Positions 28,515 to 39,586 are shown, numbered from the stretch's first letter. The stretch is 64,000 nucleotides of DNA from an uncultured delta proteobacterium (GCA_963743305.1 CAVUPH010000010.1:32001-96000), one strand, 5' to 3'. Numbers and translations: made by a program. The notes: a model not told the origin generated them from the sequence alone.

Positions 28515-29260
28515 AGACACGGAAAGTCGCTCCGAAGAGCAAGCTATCCCCCTCGAAGCAAGCGACAGCCTTACCACTCGAGGACGCCTTTGCGGAAGTC
28601 GTCGGTCTCATCCGGGAGGCCCGTACACGAGCCTATCAGGCGGTCAATACGGAACTCGTCGGTTTGTACTGGCAGGTGGGCAAATACATCAGCAAAAAGC
28701 TCGAAACCGCCGAATGGGGCGAAGGCGTTGTTGACCAACTGGCGGGGCATCTGGCGCAGACACTGCCCGGACTGCGCGGCTTCACCCGCCGGAACCTTTT
28801 TCGAATGCGCCAGTTCTACGAAGCCTATCGTAGAAATGAAATAGTGACACCACTGGTGACACAATTACCATGGACCCATAACCTCATTATCCTTTCCCAA
28901 TCTAAGCGGCCGGAAGAAAGGGAGTTTTACCTGCGCATGGCTATTCGGGAGCGCTGGGGTAAACGAGAACTGGAAAAGCAATTTCGTCAGGCCCTTTTTG
29001 AACGCGCCGTTTTGCATCCGCCAAAAGTGTCACCAGCGGTGAGACAAATACACGGCGATGCTGCGGATAGCCTGTTGAAGGATTCCTATTTTTTTGAATT
29101 TCTGGACTTGCCGGTGCCCCATGCCGAAGACGATCTTCAACGCGGTCTCCTGGCACAGCTTAAGGAATTTCTTATTGAGCTTGGCCGCGACTTCTGTTTT
29201 GTCGGATCGGAATATCCTGTCCAGGTCGGCGGCCGGGACTTCGCCCTCGATCTGCTCCGG
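28511..29260 (+). pseudogene. YhcG/DUF1016 PD-(D/E)XK nuclease, 3'-truncated
   Basis: VNTELVGLYWQVG, NLFRMRQFY, LPWTH and FLIELGRDFCFVG; similarity ends at GGRDFALDLL, before the ExK motif. Confidence 0.8.
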
Positions 29261-29660
29261 GAATTCGCGCTGGCGGCGATTAACCGAAATTCGGGCCGGC
29301 ACGGCCAAGTCGGTTTTTCACTTCGATGCCCCGGGTTCGGTGGCCAAGTCCACCCATGCCGGTTTGCCGTGGTTACGTTACTTGCGTCTGAATTTAGGCA
29401 CTCGAGTTCATTTTTGGCCATTCGACGGCTGGGATATACCGCCCGGACGATCAGTGGTGGCGGAGGTCTATCCTGTCCTTTGGAGCCGAGGCTTCGCCCG
29501 CGAAGGCCGCACTGTCGACCAGCATGTTGCCTTTTCTACCGCCGAATGGCTGCGCCGCGCCGATCTCAACGGCTCCCTGGCGGATTACTTCAAACCAGAC
29601 CTCATACCACCCGAGCGCCAGGTTGCCCAGATAGAGGGCTGGATTTTGGGGATCAAATGA
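29260..29660 (+). pseudogene. 3' fragment of a conserved hypothetical gene
   Basis: Protein-like frame WRRLTE...GSVAKSTHAGLPWL...HFWPFDGW...VVAEVYP...IEGWILGIK* with no start of its own, fused to the yhcG remnant. Confidence 0.55.
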
Positions 29661-29680
29661 AGTCTAATTGACCCCCGACC

Positions 29681-30506
29681 CTATTTCCAGGTCACCCGAG
29701 GCGGATTGCGGACCGGGATACGCGGGTACTGGAATTTCAGGATAGCCGACCATCACGGCCCCAAAGGCAAGATGATCCTTGGGTAGGCCCAGGGCCTCAA
29801 ACAGGGGAGGGTAGGCATTTACCGTCTTGTACATATAGCCGCCCCAGCAGACCCCCAACCCGAGGCTCGTGGCGTACAGGTCGAGCAGGCTCAAGGCCAG
29901 GGCGGTATCCTCGGGACCGAAAAGCCAGTTTCGGTCGGCATGACAGATGATGAGATGGGGTGCCTCCCGGCAGACCCGATCCAATCCCGTGTCCCAGGCG
30001 GCGACCACCCGGTGATAGCCCAGCGCTTTTCCGGCCTCCGGGTTTGAATCCAGGACCGCCCGCATGGCCTTCACGACCAAGCCGGCCAACCGCCGGACTT
30101 CTTGGGGCTCCTGGACCACAATCCAGTGCCAGGGTTGCTGATTTTTGGCTGACGGAGCGGAACAGGCTATCTCCAAAAGTTTTTCCAGGGTCTCCCGAGG
30201 GACCCTCTTCTCCTTAAAGGTCCGGATCGAGCGCCGGGCCTGTAGAAACTGCTCGGCCTGTTCGGGGGTCACAGTCCGGTCCTTCTCCAGTGTTCGGCAA
30301 TTTTCCGGATCCAGCCAGTCAAGACGCAAGGCCCCCACGGGGCAAACGGCCACACAGTGTCCGCATCTGATGCAATACTCCTCAAAATCCGAAGTGGGAA
30401 GGGGATAGCCCTCCTTTTCATCCATCTGAATGATGCGGGCTGGACACTCGCTGATACAAATACCGTCCTGATTGCATTTCTCGCGGTCTATGGTGATACG
30501 GTTCAT
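29681..30506 (-). CDS. ferredoxin-nitroreductase fusion, apparent frameshift near 29740
   Basis: CNQDGICISECP, CIRCGHCVAVCP, RRSIRTF and APSAKNQQPW; the shifted frame ends KFQYPRIPVRNPPRVTWK*, like the in-frame paralog at 38330. Confidence 0.85.
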
Positions 30507-30677
30507 CGGTTCCTCCTTTTTTAAACGGCAGCGATTCAATTATGATGAAGTGATTTCAAAAGGTCAAAGATATAATCCGAAAAATCGGCGGCTGCCCGGT
30601 TTTGCCGACCGTCTCGCGATACCTGATAGCAAATTGTGAGTTGAAGTTTTTCCTTTTTCAAATTAGTATTGATCCCT

Positions 30678-31370
30678 ATGGATTCGGAATCGTACGAAAA
30701 ATCCATTGAGGCCTTGACCCTGATCAGTAAGGCCATTACCTCGGATCAATACCTGGAAGATATTCTGCGTTTGATCGTTATCGTCACGGCCCAGGTGATG
30801 GGGACCAAGGTCTGCTCCCTCTGGCTGCTGGACGATAAAACCAACGCCCTGACCATTCGCGCCACCCAGAGCCTGAGTAGCGACTACCTGAAAGAGCGGT
30901 CCCTCAAGGTAGGTGAAGGGGTGGTCGGAACAGTGGCGTTACAAAACAGACCGTACATGGCTCTGAATGTCTTGGAAGACCCGTTTTTCAAGGAAAAAGA
31001 TCTGGCCCGGAAAATGGGGCTGGTCTCCATCTTGAGCGTGCCCATGAGCCTCCGGGACCGGGTGGTCGGGGTCATCAATTGCTACACCTCCGAGCAGCAT
31101 GCCTTCACCGAAACCGAACAGAACATCTTTACCACCGTGGCCAACCAGGCTGCCGTGGCGATCGTCAACACCGAACTCATGGTCAAAACCAAGGTTATCC
31201 AGGAAGAGCTGGAAACCCGCAAGCTGGTCGAACGGGCCAAGGAAGTCCTGCTTCGCCGCCGGAATCTTTCGGGTGACCAGGCCTTTCGCTGGATACAAAA
31301 AAGGAGCATGGATTCCCGTAAATCCATGCGGGAAATCGCCGAAGCCGTTCTGCTCTCCGAAGAAATTTAA
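30678..31370 (+). CDS. GAF-ANTAR RNA-binding antiterminator
   Basis: GAF domain followed by ELETRKLVERAKEVL...AFRWIQKRSMDSRKSMREIAEAV (ANTAR). Confidence 0.92.
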   Translation: MDSESYEKSIEALTLISKAITSDQYLEDILRLIVIVTAQVMGTKVCSLWLLDDKTNALTIRATQSLSSDYLKERSLKVGEGVVGTVALQNRPYMALNVLEDPFFKEKDLARKMGLVSILSVPMSLRDRVVGVINCYTSEQHAFTETEQNIFTTVANQAAVAIVNTELMVKTKVIQEELETRKLVERAKEVLLRRRNLSGDQAFRWIQKRSMDSRKSMREIAEAVLLSEEI

Positions 31371-31660
31371 CCCCTCTGGTTTCTTTTTCCACGGGCCCCT
31401 AAGAGAGCGATTATTGAATCCCGGCCGAGTCTTCCAGCGGTGCGGGAAAATCCGGAGGGGCAAGGATCGTTATCCGGTTGACCTTTTTTTAATGTTCCCT
31501 TAACATGCAACTATCTGCCGGTATCCTTTAGCGCGATGTCCACCCTGATCGGTCTATTACCAACTCGGGGGAAGAGGTGTGGTCCAGCCCGGCTTTGGGT
31601 GAAACGTACTTCGTTTGATCGCTTACCTCCCCCCAGGTTAAAGAAGGGTTTGTTTTTTCT

Positions 31661-33427
31661 ATGGTCTTTAAGTTTTTTCTGCCCTTAGCGCTGATCATTT
31701 TTGGGCTGGGGCTGATTTACAAAATCTACTTCTGGTTCACCCGGGGCCTGGTTCAGACTTCAAGGGGTATTACCACCCCGCAAAGGGTCAAAGCCGCTTT
31801 TCAGGGAGTTTTTAAAACAATCTTCAGCCTTCAAGCAGGCACCCTGGTCAAGGCCCTGGTCCTAGATGTGTTTCTTCAAAGGAGGACCTTTAAGGAAGAT
31901 CGCCTGCGCTGGGCCATGCATCTCTCCATCTACTGGGGGTTTATGGTCCTGCTCCTGATGCATGCCTTGGGGAGCCTGATCACGGCCCCTCTTTTCCCTT
32001 CTTATCATTCGACGGTCAACCCCTTCTTTTTTCTGCGCGACCTCTCCGGTTTGCTGGTCCTGGCCGGAATGGGCCTGGCGGTCTGGCGGCGCTTTATCCG
32101 AAAAGTCCCCCGTCTGAAAACCCATGGTATGGACTATTATGCCCTGGCCATCCTGCTTCTGATCCTGGGCTCGGGGATCCTCTTGGAAGGGGTCAAGATC
32201 ACCTCTTATTCCGAATTTCTACAGATGGCGGAGGACTACGGAGCCATCGATTCCCGTTGGGAAGGGAACCAGGAATTGCAGGCCCTGGAAACCTTGTGGG
32301 TGCGGCAATACGGGCTGGTTTCCCCTAACGTCAAGGGTCCTGGAGATTCCCGGGTGCTGGCCAAGGGAAAGGAAATCCATGAAATGAGTTGCCTGGAATG
32401 TCATTCCGCCACCTCCTGGGCCCTTTTAGGTTATCCCACGGCCAAACTGCTGAGCCCACTGGCCCTCTTCCTGGATCGGAGGGGACTGCCCGCTATTCTT
32501 TGGGTGGTGCACGTGCTGAGCTGCCTTATCGGCCTGGCCTACCTGCCCTTCAGCAAGATGGGTCATATCCTTTATACCCCCCTATCCCTGTTGATGAATG
32601 CGGTCATGGACCGGGAGCGGTCCCACCCGGCCAACATCGCCACCCGGCAGATGATCGAATTGGACGCCTGCACCCATTGCGGGACCTGCAGTATCCGCTG
32701 CTCGGTGGGGGCGGTCTACGAATCCTGGGGCAATGAAAATATATTGCCTTCGGAGAAGCTGCACGCTCTCAAGGCCCTGGTCCGCGGAAAGAACGTGGAA
32801 CCCCGGCAGCTCAGGTCCCTCTTGGAAGGGGTCTATTGTTGTACCAGTTGTGACCGGTGTACAGTAGTCTGCCCCTCGGGAATCAACCTGAAAGAACTCT
32901 GGGTCGATCTGAAAGAAGACCTGGTGCAAAGGGGTATCCCGGAACGACTGATCCTTTCTCCCTATTCATTCGCTCGCGGACTGAACCAGGCCATCCACCC
33001 CCGGAAAGAATATGAGGCACCCGTCCAACTGGCCAGGCAAGCCGTGGCCTTACCTTTTGAGGAGGGGAAAACGGCGGAGCATCCCTTGGCCCTGAGCCCT
33101 CAGGTCCCGGTCCTTCCGGTGTTTCTGCCGGACGCCCGCAATTTCGCCAACTGTTTTGTCTGTCAAAACTGTACCAATATCTGTCCGGTGGTTGCCGCCT
33201 TTGAGAATCCGGAGGAGGTCCTGGGGCTCCTCCCCCACCAGATTATGACCAGCCTGGGTCTGGGGTTGATCGATCCGGCGCGAGGCAACCGGATGATCTG
33301 GGACTGCCTAACCTGTTATCAATGCCAGGAGCACTGCCCTCAGGGGGTTATGGTGACCGATCTCCTCTATGAGTTGAAGAACCTGGCGGCCGGGAATCAG
33401 AGAGGATCGGCCGGTCTATCCGGGTAA
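31661..33427 (+). CDS. membrane NarI/HdrE-type cytochrome b with CxxCH insertion fused to two 4Fe-4S dicluster domains, copy 2
   Basis: WAMH...LMH and VVH...MGH His pairs, CLECH, four complete CxxCxxCxxxC motifs. Confidence 0.85.
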   Translation: MVFKFFLPLALIIFGLGLIYKIYFWFTRGLVQTSRGITTPQRVKAAFQGVFKTIFSLQAGTLVKALVLDVFLQRRTFKEDRLRWAMHLSIYWGFMVLLLMHALGSLITAPLFPSYHSTVNPFFFLRDLSGLLVLAGMGLAVWRRFIRKVPRLKTHGMDYYALAILLLILGSGILLEGVKITSYSEFLQMAEDYGAIDSRWEGNQELQALETLWVRQYGLVSPNVKGPGDSRVLAKGKEIHEMSCLECHSATSWALLGYPTAKLLSPLALFLDRRGLPAILWVVHVLSCLIGLAYLPFSKMGHILYTPLSLLMNAVMDRERSHPANIATRQMIELDACTHCGTCSIRCSVGAVYESWGNENILPSEKLHALKALVRGKNVEPRQLRSLLEGVYCCTSCDRCTVVCPSGINLKELWVDLKEDLVQRGIPERLILSPYSFARGLNQAIHPRKEYEAPVQLARQAVALPFEEGKTAEHPLALSPQVPVLPVFLPDARNFANCFVCQNCTNICPVVAAFENPEEVLGLLPHQIMTSLGLGLIDPARGNRMIWDCLTCYQCQEHCPQGVMVTDLLYELKNLAAGNQRGSAGLSG

Positions 33428-33441
33428 GGTGGATTAGAACC

Positions 33442-34329
33442 ATGAAATTTGCGCTCTTTATCGGCTGTAACATCCCGGCCCGGGTCGTCCAGTACCTGAC
33501 TTCGGCCCGGGCGGTCCTGGACCGTCTGGGGGTCACCCTGGTGGATTTCCGAGGTTTCGGGTGCTGCGGATACCCTCTGCGGGCATTAGACCAGAATGGC
33601 TATCTCTTGTCCGCGGCCAGGAACCTGGCCATCGCCGAAAAGGCCGGGTTGGATATTCTGGCCCTCTGCAAGTGTTGTTTTGGAAGCCTGAAAAGGGCCG
33701 CCCAGGTCCTGGAGGAAAACCCCTTGCTGGCGGAAGAGGTGAACCGGTTTCTGGGCCGGGAAGGGTTGAAGTACCGAGGCGGCGGTCAGGTGAAACATCT
33801 TCTTTCGGTCCTCTACCAGGATGTGGGTCTGGAGGCCCTTCAGGGAAAAATCATCCAGCCCTATAAGGGACTGAAGATCGCCCCCCAGGTCGGGTGCCAT
33901 GCCCTCCGGCCGAGCCGGATAACCCAATTTGATGATCCCCTCCATCCGGTTATCTTCGACGCCCTGGTCCGGGCGACCGGCGCCGAGAGCCTGGATTGGG
34001 ACAGCCGGCTGGATTGCTGCGGGGCCCCCCTGCTGGGAGTCAACGACGAGGTTTCTCTGAAGCGGACGAGAGACAAGATAAAAAAAAGCCGGGAGGCCGG
34101 GGCCGATTACCTTTGTACGGCCTGTCCCTTCTGTCAGTTGCAGTTTGAGACGGTCCAAAAGAGGTCGCTCTCCTTCGAGGGAGCTGAAGAACCGCCAGCT
34201 CCCATTTTGTATACGCAACTGCTGGGAATCGCGCTGGGCCTCGACCGGAAGTACCTCTGGCCCCAGGGGGATTCCCCGGAGTTTAGCGGGCTTATTCGTT
34301 TTTCAAGTGAGGAATCAAACCATGCCTAA
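33442..34329 (+). CDS. hdrB: HdrB-like CCG-domain protein
   Basis: FIGC, GCCGYP, CKCC, VGCH, DCCG and CPFC. Confidence 0.9.
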   Translation: MKFALFIGCNIPARVVQYLTSARAVLDRLGVTLVDFRGFGCCGYPLRALDQNGYLLSAARNLAIAEKAGLDILALCKCCFGSLKRAAQVLEENPLLAEEVNRFLGREGLKYRGGGQVKHLLSVLYQDVGLEALQGKIIQPYKGLKIAPQVGCHALRPSRITQFDDPLHPVIFDALVRATGAESLDWDSRLDCCGAPLLGVNDEVSLKRTRDKIKKSREAGADYLCTACPFCQLQFETVQKRSLSFEGAEEPPAPILYTQLLGIALGLDRKYLWPQGDSPEFSGLIRFSSEESNHA

Positions 34330-37300
34330 GGAGACCATCGGGGCGGTCCTGGTGATCGGGGGCGGTATTACCGGGATGCAGGCCGCGCTGGATCTGGCCA
34401 ATTCCGGCTATTACGTCTATCTGCTGGAAAGGTCCCCCTCCATCGGCGGGATGATGAGCCGCTTGGACAAGACCTTCCCGACCAACGATTGTGCCCTTTG
34501 AATTATCTCCCCGAAGCTGGTCGAGGTCGGCCGGCATATCAACATCGAGTTGCTTACCCTGTCCGAGGTGAACCGGATTTCCGGTGAGGCCGGGAACTTT
34601 GAAGTCCGGGTAACCCGGCATCCCCGGTATGTCGATCTGGAAAAATGCATCGCCTGCGGCCTTTGCGCTGAAAAATGTCCCCGTAAGGTAGCCAATGAAC
34701 AGGACAGTGGTTTGGGACAGCGCAAGGCGATCTATGTTCAGTATGCCCAGGCGGTCCCGCTGAAATACGTCATCGATCCCCGGGAATGTATCTATCTGAC
34801 CAAGGGGAAATGCCGGGCCTGTGAAAAGTTTTGCCCCACCGGCGCCATCCGCTTCGACGATCGGGAAAGCGAACGGACCCTGAAGGTAGGCGCCGTCGTC
34901 CTGGCCCAGGGAAGCCGGACCTTTGATCCGGCCGTTTACGATACCTTCGGTTATCAGAGCTCTCCCAACATCGTCACCACCCTGGAGTTCGAGCGCATCC
35001 TCTCCTCCTCCGGTCCCTATGGCGGCCATCTGGTCCGCCCGTCAGACGGCCGGGAGCCGCGCAAAATCGCCTGGTTCCAGTGCATCGGTTCCCGGGACGA
35101 GCATCCCGGCGCCCGAAGCTATTGTTCCGCTGTCTGCTGCACTTTTGCCATCAAAGAAGCGATGCTGGCTAAGGAACACGTCCAGGGCGACCTGGACACG
35201 GCCATCTTTTATATTGATTTGAGGACCTATGGCAAGGACTATGAACGCTACTATAATCGCGCTCGAGAGGAGCTGGGCGTCCGGTTCATCAAATCCCGGG
35301 TCAGCCACCTGGAGCCGGTCGGCGATACCGGCCGACTCCTCGTCCGCTACGTCGACGAAAGCGGCCGGCGGAGGGAGGAAGAATTCGATCTGGTCGTGCT
35401 CTCCGTCGGTCTGGGTCAGACCCCGTCCGGGGTGGAACTGGCCGGGAAGCTGGGGGTGGAACTCAACCGCCATCAGTATGCCCAGGTAAGCAGCTTCCAT
35501 CCGGTGGAGAGCGGAAGGCCCGGCATTTTTGTCTGCGGCGCCTGCCAGGCTCCCAAGGATATTCCCTCCTGCGTCGTGGACTCCAGCGCCGCCGCCGCGG
35601 GTGTCGGCGGGCTGCTCTCGGAGGCCCGCGGGTCACAAACGCGGACCCGGGAAATCCCCTCGGAAATCGACGTCCGCGGAGAAGCTCCCCGGGTGGGTGT
35701 ATTTGTCTGTTGCTGCGGTACCAACATCGCCGGCGTGGTCGATGTCCCGGCGGTGGTTGAGTTCGCCAAGACGCTGCCCGGCGTAGTCTATGCCGAGCAG
35801 AACCTTTTCAGTTGCGCTCAGGACAGCCAGGAAAAGCTGGCCCAGATCATCCGGGATCAGCACCTGAACAAGGTGGTGGTGGCGGCCTGCACCCCCCGGA
35901 CCCACGAACCGCTATTCCAGGAAACCTTAACCAATGCCGGACTCAATAAATACCTCTTTGAGATGGCCAATATCCGCAACCAGTGCTCCTGGGTGCACCA
36001 ACACCAGCCGGAACAGGCCACGGAGAAGGCCAAAGATCTGGTCCGGATGGCCGCCGCCAAAGCGGTCCTATTGCAGCCCCTGCCGGAGCCGACGCTCGAT
36101 ATCAATCAGAAGGCGCTGGTGATCGGCGGCGGTCTGGCCGGCCTGTCCGCCGCCAGGACCCTGGCCGATCAGGGGTTCAAGACCTACCTGCTGGAAAAAA
36201 GCGCGGTCCTCGGAGGTCAGGCCCGGCGGGTTTTTCAGACCTGGAAGGGCGAGGAGGTGCAGCCTTCTCTGGACGGGTTGATCGGGTCCATCACCCGGGA
36301 TGAACGGATCAAGGTGTTCCTGAATTCGCAGATAACGGGGGTGGACGGGTTTGTGGGGAATTTCAAGACCACCATCGAGTCGGAACGGGAGACCCGAGTC
36401 TTGTCCCACGGCGTGACCATCATCGCTACCGGCGCCTCCGAACTGAAACCCGATCAATATTTTTACGGTCAGGATGCCCGGGTATTAACGGGGCTGGAAT
36501 TACAACGACGGTTTATTGACGGCGATCCGGCCCTGAAACAGATCAAGACGGCGGTTTTTATTCAGTGTGTCGGCTCAAGGATCCCCGAGCGGCCCTACTG
36601 CTCCCGGGTCTGCTGCACCCGCAGCGTGAAGGGCGCCCTGACTTTGAAGGAGATCAACCCCGAAGCGCGAATATTCATCATCTATCGGGATATGCGGACC
36701 TACGGGCTGCGAGAGGACCTTTACCGGGAAGCCCGTCAGAAAGGGATTTCCTTTATACGGTATAATTTTGATCAGGGCTTGACGGCCGCCCGGGATAACG
36801 GCGCTTTGACCCTGTCTTTTACGGACACGGCGCTCAAACGGGTTATGGAGGTCCGCCCCGATCTCCTGGTGCTGGCCTCGGCCATCGTTCCCGAAAAGGA
36901 GAATCCCCTGGCCCAGTTTTATAAGGTACCGCAAAACGCCGATGGGTTTTTCGTCGAGGCCCATGTAAAACTGAGGCCGGTGGACTTTGCCACCGACGGG
37001 GTTTTTCTCTGCGGGCTGGCCCAGGCCCCCAAATCAATTGACGAATCCATCACCGAGGCCCAGGGTGCCGCGGCCCGGGCAATAGCCCTGCTCTCGGCCG
37101 GGACGATTAGCGTGACGGGCACGGTGGCCTCGGTCATCCCGGCGGCCTGCAGCTCTTGCGGAGTCTGTGTTTCCATCTGTCCCTATTCCGCCCCGTCGTT
37201 CAATGAAAAAACCGGAAAAGCCCAAATTCAAGCCACCCTCTGCAAGGGCTGCGGACTTTGTACCGCATCCTGCCGATCGGGGGCTATTACCCTTAAAGGG

Positions 37301-37345
37301 TTTGAGACCGACCAGGTCATGGCCATGATCGAATCGGCCCTCTGA
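34322..37345 (+). CDS. hdrA: HdrA, selenoprotein (UGA at 34499-34501)
   Basis: Readthrough gives [19 protein letters not shown] versus [19 protein letters not shown] in the paralog at 15570; in frame with ORF 34550..37345; 1007 aa. Confidence 0.92.
34516..34535 (+). promoter_or_regulatory. putative bacterial SECIS hairpin
   Basis: GCTGGTCG-AGGT-CGGCCGGC, 8-bp stem with two G-U pairs and an AGGU loop, starting 15 nt after the UGA. Confidence 0.7.
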
Positions 37346-37427
37346 GACCGGGGGGGCGGCGCATAAGCACTAAGTGATTATTGCGCCGGATGAACTGTTC
37401 AAGAGTTCCTAAAAAAAGAGGTTGGTT

Positions 37428-37731
37428 GCCCTTTTGGGTGGGTGGCCACAATATATAGTAGATTAATCCGAGATCGGGCCTCCGTGGCCGTGGGGTCTTG
37501 GCGAAAGGGTTTTCCATATTGCTTTTTAGGTTCTAACCCGGCCCCCAGACACTCAAAGTTTCCAGGAGACAGGGCCAGACAAGAAGACATCAAAATACTC
37601 TGAGTATGGGCCTGCTTTAAATAAAATTAGCAATTTAGGCCCGGATTCGAAGTCCGGAGTACCTTTGGAAAACCCTTTCGCCAAGACCCCACGGCCATAT
37701 CAGATCTGGGGGGGGACCCACCCAAAAGGGC
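37428..37731. repeat. 304-bp composite inverted repeat (REP-pair/MITE-like)
   Basis: Perfect 16-bp arms at 37428-37443/37716-37731 and perfect 32-bp arms at 37485-37516/37666-37697. Confidence 0.85.
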
Positions 37732-37788
37732 GAAGCGTCAAAAAATAGAACCTAGTTACCCTTTAATTCCAGTGAGGAGGAGGGCACC

Positions 37789-38244
37789 ATGATTGACCTA
37801 ACTAATTTAAGAGCGATTATTATGCTGAGCTATCTGACGGACCCGATGCTGAAGAAGCTGGAAGAAGTCACCCTGATAAAAAAGTACGGGGAAAAGGAGT
37901 ATATCTTCCAGGAAGGGGAATACGCCGAGCATCTGTTTGCCGTTATCGAAGGTCGGGTCGGCATGGAGCTGGCCAAGAATCCTTCCCGGCACATAACCAT
38001 CCTGGAAGTGACCAAGGGGATGGCCTTTGGGATGGCTTCCCTGGTAGATACGGAAAACAGGAAGTATATCGGCTATGCCAAGGCTCTGGTTCCCACCCGG
38101 GTTTTCGCCTGGAAAGGAGCCGACCTGGACAAGCTTTTTATTCAGGATTATGAAATGGGCTTTTTGATTATGAAGCGGGCGGCCAATATCCTGAACCGGA
38201 GAATGGATATTGCTTTTGCCCAGTTTGTAGATATATGCCTTTGA
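37789..38244 (+). CDS. stand-alone cyclic-nucleotide-binding (Crp N-terminal) domain protein
   Basis: YIFQEGEYAEHLFAVIEGRV...GMAFG; no HTH; GAGG RBS. Confidence 0.85.
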   Translation: MIDLTNLRAIIMLSYLTDPMLKKLEEVTLIKKYGEKEYIFQEGEYAEHLFAVIEGRVGMELAKNPSRHITILEVTKGMAFGMASLVDTENRKYIGYAKALVPTRVFAWKGADLDKLFIQDYEMGFLIMKRAANILNRRMDIAFAQFVDICL

Positions 38245-38329
38245 GGAGGGAGTTTGGCTCCTGACCGGATAGAGGTCCCCTCAAGGGATAGTCTAACGAG
38301 TCAAACACCGACCGCATTAACCCCTGAAC

Positions 38330-38873
38330 CTATTTCCAGGTCAACCGAGGCGAATTTCGAACCGGGATGCGCTGGTACTTAAACTGAGGATAGCCGATCA
38401 TCAAGGCTCCAAAGGCGAGATGATCCCTGGGCAGGCCCAGGGCCTCGAAGAGGGGGGGTAGGCGTTCACCGTTTTATACAAGTAGCCCGCCCCCAGTAGA
38501 CCCCTAAACCGACGCTGGTTGCATACAGGTCGAGCAGGCCCAAGGCCAGGGCAGTATCCTCGGGGCCGAAACGCCAGTTTCGGTCGGCATGAACGATGAT
38601 GAGATGGGGCGCCTTCCGACAAACGCGATCCAATCCCGCGTCCCAGGCGGCGATCACCCGGTGATAGCCCAGGGTTTTCCCTGCTTCCGGGTTTGATTCC
38701 AGGACCGCCCGCATGGCCTCCACGACCAGGCCGGCCAGCCGTTGAACTTCTTGGGGACGCGGGACCACGATCCAGTGCCACGGTTGCTGATTTCTCGCCG
38801 ACGGTGCGGAGCAGGCCACCTCCACTAGTTTTTCCAGGGTCTCCTTTTTTTGAAACGGGAGCGCGCCGATCAT
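38330..38873 (-). pseudogene. nitroreductase paralog lacking the ferredoxin N-terminus, frameshifted
   Basis: High similarity to the C-terminal two-thirds of the gene at 29681..30506 (ACSAPSARNQQPWHW...GPEDTALAL); frame breaks near 38490. Confidence 0.85.
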
Positions 38874-38910
38874 GCTCCCAGCAACCCTTTATGGTCTTAA
38901 AGTCCTTTCC

Positions 38911-39053
38911 AGGTCAAAGATATTATCCGCTACCCGGCGGCTACTCGGATTGGCCGGCCGTCTCCGGTATCAGGATAATAAATTGTGAGTTGAAGTTTCC
39001 CTCTTTTCTAATTATTATTCATTCCCATGGATTCGAAAGCAAACGAAAAATCC
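38911..39053. repeat. diverged direct copy of 30561-30704 (intergenic region plus start of the GAF-ANTAR gene)
   Basis: Shared AGGTCAAAGATAT, AAATTGTGAGTTGAAGTTT and ATGGATTCG (MDSKANEKS versus MDSESYEKS). Confidence 0.85.
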
Positions 39054-39106
39054 TTCCCCCCGGATAAAAGCACCCCAAGAGATAATTTAATGAATCAAGC
39101 TTTTGG

Positions 39107-39507
39107 TCCGGCGGCACCGGTTTGGGGCTGGCCATCTGTAAGGAAATCGTCCGGGCCCATGGGGGGATCCATCTGGGTGGAATCCGCCCCCGGCCAGGGG
39201 AGCACCTATTCTTTTACCCTGCCGGCGGCCACAATCGAACGAATCCGCCACTATACCCGTGAGGGGGATTTTGAAACCGCCGGTGAAATCGCCCGGCGGG
39301 CCGTCGCTGCCGACCCGACCCGAGGCCTATAACCTGCTCGGGGCGCTATTAGAGATCCGGCATGACCGATTGGAGGCGCAGCGGTTTTACCGGGCGGCCC
39401 TGGAGATCGATCCCACCTACCGGCCGGCCGGGGGCGATTTGGAAAGGATCATCGCCCGCCGCCAGATGGGCCCGATCGACTTGGGGGAAGGCGGAGGAAA
39501 GCCGTAA
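39107..39507 (+). pseudogene. fused remnants: histidine kinase ATPase tail plus TPR tail
   Basis: SGGTGLGLAICKEIVRAHGG/SIWVESAPGQGSTYSFTLP followed by ARRAVAADPTR/PEAYNLLGALLE...FYRAALEIDPTY across shifted frames. Confidence 0.75.
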
Positions 39508-39586
39508 CTCGTTCGAGCCCTGAAACCCTGAACTTGAAACAATACCCGGGTAAAGTAATCCTTATGGTATCCGAAGGAATTTCGTT

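Noticed and set aside
37485-37516. GCGAAAG resembling a c-di-GMP-I riboswitch tetraloop
   Set aside because: The flanking GGCAAAC / GACGCAAAG elements are missing; the sequence is explained by the inverted repeat
39508-39586. c-di-AMP (ydaO) riboswitch expected before a KimA-like gene
   Set aside because: No recognisable ydaO consensus, and the gap is too short
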